From an uncultured virus (IMG/VR IMGVR_UViG_2554235432_000003) (lineage: Duplodnaviria; Heunggongvirae; Uroviricota; Caudoviricetes): a DNA stretch of 20,000 bases. A model generated the notes under the pieces. It was not told where the DNA came from. It saw only the letters and a program-made list of their open reading frames with translations, and ran no database searches. Both the position numbers and the translations under genes were made by a program. The stretch spans positions 54,909 to 74,908 of IMG/VR virus record IMGVR_UViG_2554235432_000003; one strand, 5' to 3'. Positions 16,022 to 20,000 of the stretch are shown piece after piece. Each line of letters opens with the position of its first letter. The first letter of the stretch is position 1.

Positions 16022-16240
16022 CTACGCCTGATGTTGCCGATAAATTTCACAAAGTTTTTTAATGGCTTCGGCTTTCTTGCCGCCGATTTCAGCAAGTATT
16101 GCCACAAATTCGTCCGCAACAGGCGTTTCCATACGCACAGAAAATTGCTTAACCTTGCCTTCAGCAAGCATACGTTTGTTATATTCGTTCGCAGTTTTAG
16201 AACGAAGTTTGCGAGAATGTTCAGTCATTGAATTTGCCAT
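16022..16240 (-). CDS. Small ribbon-helix-helix-like protein
   Basis: Strand KQFSVRM, helix PVADEFVAILAEIG, helix KAEAIKKLCE; AGGT RBS. Confidence 0.7.
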   Translation of the reverse strand: MANSMTEHSRKLRSKTANEYNKRMLAEGKVKQFSVRMETPVADEFVAILAEIGGKKAEAIKKLCEIYRQHQA

Positions 16241-16250
16241 AGTTACCTAC

Positions 16251-16279
16251 TTGATTTTTTAAAACGTTGGTTGTATAGT
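16251..16279 (+). promoter_or_regulatory. Promoter for antisense RNA copy 2
   Basis: TTGATT (16251-56)-N17-TATAGT (16274-79). Confidence 0.65.
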
Positions 16280-16285
16280 TTAGGA

Positions 16286-16441
16286 ACTGCCTAGCAGTGG
16301 GGGCAACCACCGCTAGGACTTTATCTGATTAGTAAGCTGATGAGCTTAACACAATCAGAATTAAGAAGATGATGATTTGATAGGTTTTCATCGTCTTAGT
16401 TCCTATTTTTAGTTGAGCGGTGAAAGCCGCTCTTCTTATTT
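16286..16441 (+). ncRNA. Putative Sib-like antisense RNA (~150 nt), copy 2
   Basis: Upstream promoter, 5' hairpin 16290-16317, full overlap of the peptide ORF and RBS, terminator GAGCGGT-GAAA-GCCGCTC (16415-32) plus T-rich tail. Confidence 0.65.
16329..16391 (-). CDS. Ibs-like 20-aa toxin peptide MKTYQIIIFLILIVLSSSAY
   Basis: Manual translation; AGGA RBS; Ibs-type length, hydrophobic core and SxxAY end. Confidence 0.8.
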   Translation of the reverse strand: MKTYQIIIFLILIVLSSSAY

Positions 16442-16465
16442 CCGCCCTATTGCGAAAACAAATAT

Positions 16466-16507
16466 ATTATAATTTACAAATAATAATTTATCAAGAATTA
16501 TTTGTAA
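16466..16507 (-). promoter_or_regulatory. Toxin-RHH operon promoter with operator
   Basis: TTGATA (16494-89)-N17-TATAAT (16471-66); perfect 11-bp inverted repeat TTACAAATAAT (16474-84) / ATTATTTGTAA (16497-507) around the -35. Confidence 0.7.
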
Positions 16508-16536
16508 GTTTTCAGATTTTCATTCAAGGTTATCAA

Positions 16537-16713
16537 ATGTTTAACTTCAGAAAACAAAAGCAACAAGTTGAGCTAATTGAGCAATTACAAGCAGAAATTG
16601 AGGAACTAAAAGCAGAAAACTACCGCTTGAGAGATTTGCTTTCAAGAGAGTGGCAAGAAAAACGCCGTTTTATGAAGATGATAAACGGCAAAAAGAAAAT
16701 TGCCACAGATTAA
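16537..16713 (+). CDS. Small coiled-coil protein (58 aa)
   Basis: AAGG RBS; heptad-like LIEQLQAEIEELKAENYRLRDLL. Confidence 0.55.
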   Translation: MFNFRKQKQQVELIEQLQAEIEELKAENYRLRDLLSREWQEKRRFMKMINGKKKIATD

Positions 16714-16765
16714 TCAACAACGATTATCTGTGAAGTCGTGTGAATTTTAATTGTTCAAAAAGTGA

Positions 16766-16878
16766 TTGACGTCGTGCGAGAAAAGTAGTACATTTCAGCT
16801 ATGCTTGCAACTCGTACAAGCGAGAGAAAGCGAAATGATTTTGTAGCCCTGATCGGAAACGGTCGGGGCTTTTTGTTT
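16766..16878 (+). promoter_or_regulatory. Late promoter pR' and tR' terminator
   Basis: TTGACG-N17-TACATT (16766-16794), -10-like TATGCT near +1 (possible pause element), and AGCCCTGATCG/CGGTCGGGGCT stem plus T-run (~16846-16878). Confidence 0.7.
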
Positions 16879-16883
16879 GGGGG

Positions 16884-17094
16884 TTAGGATGGAACAACGA
16901 GATATTCTGTTAAAAAACGGTGAAGTAGTTCAAGAAAAATCTCAATGTCACTATGCCGCTGGCTGGCCATCTCGACGTATATCAGACTGCGTTCCTCACT
17001 TCCAAAATAGGAAAATTTATCCATTTGCTGGCAATAATGACGTACCACAAGATTAAACATATCTAGTGGTACTGAGTAAATTTGATAAAGGTTA
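16884..17094 (-). pseudogene. Orphan paralogous C-terminal module of the 17095..17658 protein
   Basis: Open frame ending ...LELLHRFLTEYLVVPS-stop, aligning with ...HKALRHFLTQYLVLPL-stop. Confidence 0.7.
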
Positions 17095-17658
17095 TCACAA
17101 TGGTAGAACTAAATATTGCGTTAAAAAATGCCGCAGAGCTTTATGGTGAAAATCGACCATTTGTCGATCCTGAAAGTGGAACTCTAACCCTAGCAGGTTG
17201 CGAAGCTCTAAGTCGTCTTGGTATTGGATTTTCCGAAAGTAGACTTGAACCTGATCTTTTAGATAAGTTGCGTAAGAATCTCGCTGCTCTTTAGTAAAAC
17301 CTGTTGTGAGTTTTTCTATGAAAAAAAGGTGAAGATCCTTTTCGAGTTGAACTAAGAAGTTAAAGTTATTTGCAATTTTGGCATCTTTAAATGTGAATTC
17401 AATATAAGAGAAATGGCTATTATCATATTTTCCTATCCAGTGAGAACAACCTAGTGTGATAAAGGGGCTATCAGGCTTGTTAAGTTCAATAAGTGTGGTT
17501 TTAAGTTCTGGTAGTTGAGCAATTTCTAGGATTTCATCTATTTTTTCAGGATGATTAACTAAATCAATTCCACCTGCATTTGGTGTTGGATTTTGGCAAT
17601 CTTCAGATCCATTTGATGGTCGATATGGAAATTTGGTATAACCTTCACGAAAGTACAT
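17095..17658 (-). CDS. Moron protein of unknown function (187 aa)
   Basis: Low GC, antisense to the late operon, GAGGA RBS, extended -10 TGCTAGAAT upstream. Confidence 0.8.
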   Translation of the reverse strand: MYFREGYTKFPYRPSNGSEDCQNPTPNAGGIDLVNHPEKIDEILEIAQLPELKTTLIELNKPDSPFITLGCSHWIGKYDNSHFSYIEFTFKDAKIANNFNFLVQLEKDLHLFFIEKLTTGFTKEQRDSYATYLKDQVQVYFRKIQYQDDLELRNLLGLEFHFQDRQMVDFHHKALRHFLTQYLVLPL

Positions 17659-17718
17659 AATTTAATCCTCTGCTAGTTTATTTGTTGGGGAACAATATTC
17701 TAGCAGTTTTTTTAACCA

Positions 17719-17747
17719 AGCTCAGTCTTTACGGACTGAGCTTTTTT
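17719..17747 (+). terminator. Intrinsic terminator before holin
   Basis: AGCTCAGTC/GACTGAGCT stem plus T-run. Confidence 0.75.
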
Positions 17748-17771
17748 ATTGCCTGAAACGAGGGCTAAGGT

Positions 17772-18047
17772 ATGAAAAATGTTATGAGAGATATGGGAAC
17801 ACAGACGTATATTTGGTCTGGATTTAGTGGGATTATTGCGTGGCTGAGTGAGCAACAGAATTTAATGATTTTAAGTCTTGCGATTGGTATTGTGACGGCG
17901 TGTGCGAACTTGTATCAACGCTGTGACGAAGGTAAGGCGAAGCGTCGTGAACGTGAGCGAGCCGAAGAAGCTCATCAAATCAGAATGCAGATTTATCGGG
18001 TAAGGGCAGAGAGGTTAAGTAATGAGCAAGCTAAAAACACTAGGTAA
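17772..18047 (+). CDS. Holin
   Basis: Small; hydrophobic segments plus charged tail; directly upstream of lysozyme; several N-terminal Mets. Confidence 0.8.
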   Translation: MKNVMRDMGTQTYIWSGFSGIIAWLSEQQNLMILSLAIGIVTACANLYQRCDEGKAKRRERERAEEAHQIRMQIYRVRAERLSNEQAKNTR

Positions 18048-18567
18048 AGTTGGCGGTGGGGTTTGTTTTGTCAGTGCCATTATTGCGGTGTTGAATACAG
18101 ATTTTCACGGTCAATTTCGTACAAGTAAGCAAGGGCTTGAAATTATCGGCGATGCAGAAGGTTGTAAACGTGAGCCTTATTTGTGTCCTGCAAATGTGCT
18201 TACCGTTGGCATTGGTTCAACGGAAGCGTCAAGCGGTAAGATTGAAAGAAAAGTTTACACGGACAAAGAGATTGCAGAGCGTTGGTTGGTCGATATTAAA
18301 AATGCGGAAAAATGCGTGAACCGTTACGCAAATGGTGGTGATATTCCGCAATCGGTGTTTGATGTTGCTACTTCGCTGACGTTTAATGCTGGGTGTGGCA
18401 CGGTGAGTAAATCGACGTTCTTTCGTAAAATCAAATCAGGCGATTATGTTGGTGCCTGTAATGAGTTGCCTAAATGGGTTTATTCAGGTGGCAAGAAGTT
18501 ACGAGGGTTAGAAATTCGTCGTGAGAAAGAGAAGGCGTTATGTTTAGCTGGGTTAATAAAATCTTAA
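18022..18567 (+). CDS. SAR endolysin (GH24 lysozyme, P1 Lyz type)
   Basis: Gly-rich weak TM with Cys15; E46-x8-C55-x5-T61 triad; C-terminal GLEIRREKE. Confidence 0.93.
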   Translation: MSKLKTLGKVGGGVCFVSAIIAVLNTDFHGQFRTSKQGLEIIGDAEGCKREPYLCPANVLTVGIGSTEASSGKIERKVYTDKEIAERWLVDIKNAEKCVNRYANGGDIPQSVFDVATSLTFNAGCGTVSKSTFFRKIKSGDYVGACNELPKWVYSGGKKLRGLEIRREKEKALCLAGLIKS

Positions 18568-18884
18568 TGGCATTGATTTTGGGCTTGTGTGCGTGGCTAT
18601 GGGGTCAGTCACAGAGGATAAGTGCATTAACAGCCGAGAACCAGACGCAAGCCCAAACTATTGAGCAACAGCAAGAAGCAAACAGTAAGCTGACAATGCA
18701 ACTGCAACAAGAGCGACAAGCGGTGGAATATCAGCAAAGTATTGCAAATAAACTGCGAAAGCAGGTGGAGCAGAGTAATGAACAGATTAAAGCTATTTTA
18801 CAGAAAGAGCCGTGTAGCGTTACTGCTTTGCCTCGTCCTGTTGTCGATGAGCTTAAGCGGTTGCACAGCAAAGACAAAGATTGA
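18540..18884 (+). CDS. Inner-membrane spanin (Rz-like)
   Basis: N-terminal TM plus Gln-rich coiled coil, after the endolysin. Confidence 0.8.
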   Translation: MFSWVNKILMALILGLCAWLWGQSQRISALTAENQTQAQTIEQQQEANSKLTMQLQQERQAVEYQQSIANKLRKQVEQSNEQIKAILQKEPCSVTALPRPVVDELKRLHSKDKD

Positions 18885-19062
18885 GTATTTATATCCTCCG
18901 CAAGCCTTTTTAGTGCAGTGTGAGCGGTCAGAGTTTGGTGGCACAACCTATGGTGATGCTATCGAGTATCTCGTTAAGGTGATGGGAGAACGTGACTTAT
19001 GTGCGGGTCAGGTTGAACGTATTAGAGAATGGCAAGCACGAACTAAGCAAGGGTTTAAATAG
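18778..19062 (+). CDS. Outer-membrane spanin lipoprotein (Rz1-like)
   Basis: Overlaps the i-spanin 3' end in another frame; signal MNRLKLFYRKSRVALLLCLVLLSMS with lipobox LSGC. Confidence 0.75.
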   Translation: MNRLKLFYRKSRVALLLCLVLLSMSLSGCTAKTKIEYLYPPQAFLVQCERSEFGGTTYGDAIEYLVKVMGERDLCAGQVERIREWQARTKQGFK

Positions 19063-19087
19063 CTGATTAGTGTTTGTGTCACGATAG

Positions 19088-19117
19088 AGAGCGGTCAGAT
19101 GATCGCTCTTTTATTTT
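19088..19117 (+). terminator. Terminator after lysis cassette
   Basis: AGAGCGGTC/GATCGCTCT stem plus T-rich tail. Confidence 0.65.
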
Positions 19118-19230
19118 ATGTAAATCAAATGCCACATAATTTGCGTATGGTTTTGGGGTTGTTAGATAAATCCCCGAGAAAATACGCAAGTGATGTGATT
19201 TATATATAACAAATTTTAAGGATTTATCTT

Positions 19231-19629
19231 ATGACCAAGAAAGACGAGGGTAAATCCACGTCTAAAGGTCGTGGGTTAACACCTAAGCAAGAAAAATTCT
19301 GCCAGCTTTATATTGAGCTTGGCAATGCGAGTGAGGCTTATCGGCAGGCTTACGATTGTTCAAAAATGAATAATGAAGTTATCGCAGTAAAAGCAAGCGA
19401 ACTGTTAAATAAGAACGGTAATGTTACGGTAAGGTTGGAAGAGTTAAAAAAAGGTCACCAACAACGTCATAACATTACCGTTGATAACTTGTTAGGCAAG
19501 CTAGAGCGTATCTATAACGAGGCGATGGAGCGTGATACCCCCCAATTCTCATCTGCGGTAAATGCAGTAATGGGACAAGCTAAACTTTTAGGCTTTGACA
19601 AACAGGTTATCGATCATACAAGTCGGTGA
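19231..19629 (+). CDS. terS: Terminase small subunit, probably 3'-truncated at ~19620
   Basis: LTPKQEKFCQLYIELGNASEAYRQAY and AKLLG motifs; the last codons lie in the junction/hisC-derived sequence. Confidence 0.85.
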   Translation: MTKKDEGKSTSKGRGLTPKQEKFCQLYIELGNASEAYRQAYDCSKMNNEVIAVKASELLNKNGNVTVRLEELKKGHQQRHNITVDNLLGKLERIYNEAMERDTPQFSSAVNAVMGQAKLLGFDKQVIDHTSR

Positions 19630-20000
19630 CAAGCGGATAGACATAAGGCATATTGCGATAGATAATTTCATCTTTTTCACTGGCAAACGTATGGGCGAAC
19701 AGCTCCAAGCAGATCATTTGAGCCATTACCTAACGTAATTTGGTTCGTCTGAACCCCAAACTTTTTCGCAATGGTCGCTTTCAGCTCAAAACCATTCGCA
19801 TCAGGATAGCGAGTTAAATCATTCAACTGCTTTAAAATCGCTTGTTTCGCACTTTCAGGAAAACCAAAGGGGTTTTCATTCGAGGCAAGTTTCACAATAT
19901 TTGAAATCCCAAGCTCACGCTCAAGTTCTTCAATCGGCTTACCTGCTTGATAAGGGGCAAGGGTTTTCACGCCCTCATTGGCGATGTTGATAAATTGCAT
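19625..20000 (-). pseudogene. hisC: 5' part of host histidinol-phosphate aminotransferase, truncated, with indels near the junction
   Basis: YQAGKPIEELERELG, KLASNENP, RYPD and GNGSND motifs. Homology continues out of frame (ELFAHTFASEKDEIIY...VYPLVT) to ~19625. Confidence 0.9.

Larger units (their letters stand above)
1..19620. mobile_element. Lambdoid prophage (early-left, immunity, replication, nin, lysis, start of packaging)
   Basis: Canonical lambdoid gene order; integrase and virion genes are not in the window. Confidence 0.95.

Noticed and set aside
16420..16536. N-terminal extension of ORF 16420..16713
   Set aside because: It overlaps a terminator and the toxin promoter; ATG 16537 has an RBS.
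16889..17294. Plus-strand ORFs 16889..17056 and 17082..17294
   Set aside because: Better explained as shadows of the minus-strand moron and its orphan C-terminus.

Overview
About 19.6 kb of this window is a lambdoid prophage from a Pasteurellaceae host, probably the Actinobacillus/Mannheimia/Glaesserella group judging by an extended ACAAGCGGT-type uptake sequence. It is joined abruptly at ~19620 to a damaged host hisC fragment. Gene order, left to right: Red-like recombination genes (exo, bet); an antirepressor under a P1-type c4 antisense RNA switch; morons; tRNA-Arg(UCU); an N-like gene with nut/boxA and pL; an immunity-region accessory block (hicAB, a two-gene DUF1828-type module, KilA-N); cI/cro/cII; rha; O/P replication genes; the nin region; Q; pR'; the lysis cassette; and a probably truncated terS. 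The most interesting signal is absent from the ORF track: two divergent copies (1-299 and 16012-16507) of one three-part module, made of an Ibs-like ~20-aa hydrophobic peptide, a promoter-defined cis-antisense RNA and a downstream ribbon-helix-helix gene. Other highlights are a synonymous duplicate of the cI 3' end flanking the KilA-N gene, an orphan alternative C-terminus behind a moron gene, and oL operators that do not match the oR operators. Many single-base indels, mostly in homopolymer runs, suggest sequencing error on top of possible prophage decay. All family assignments come from reading motifs and gene order; no database search was run.
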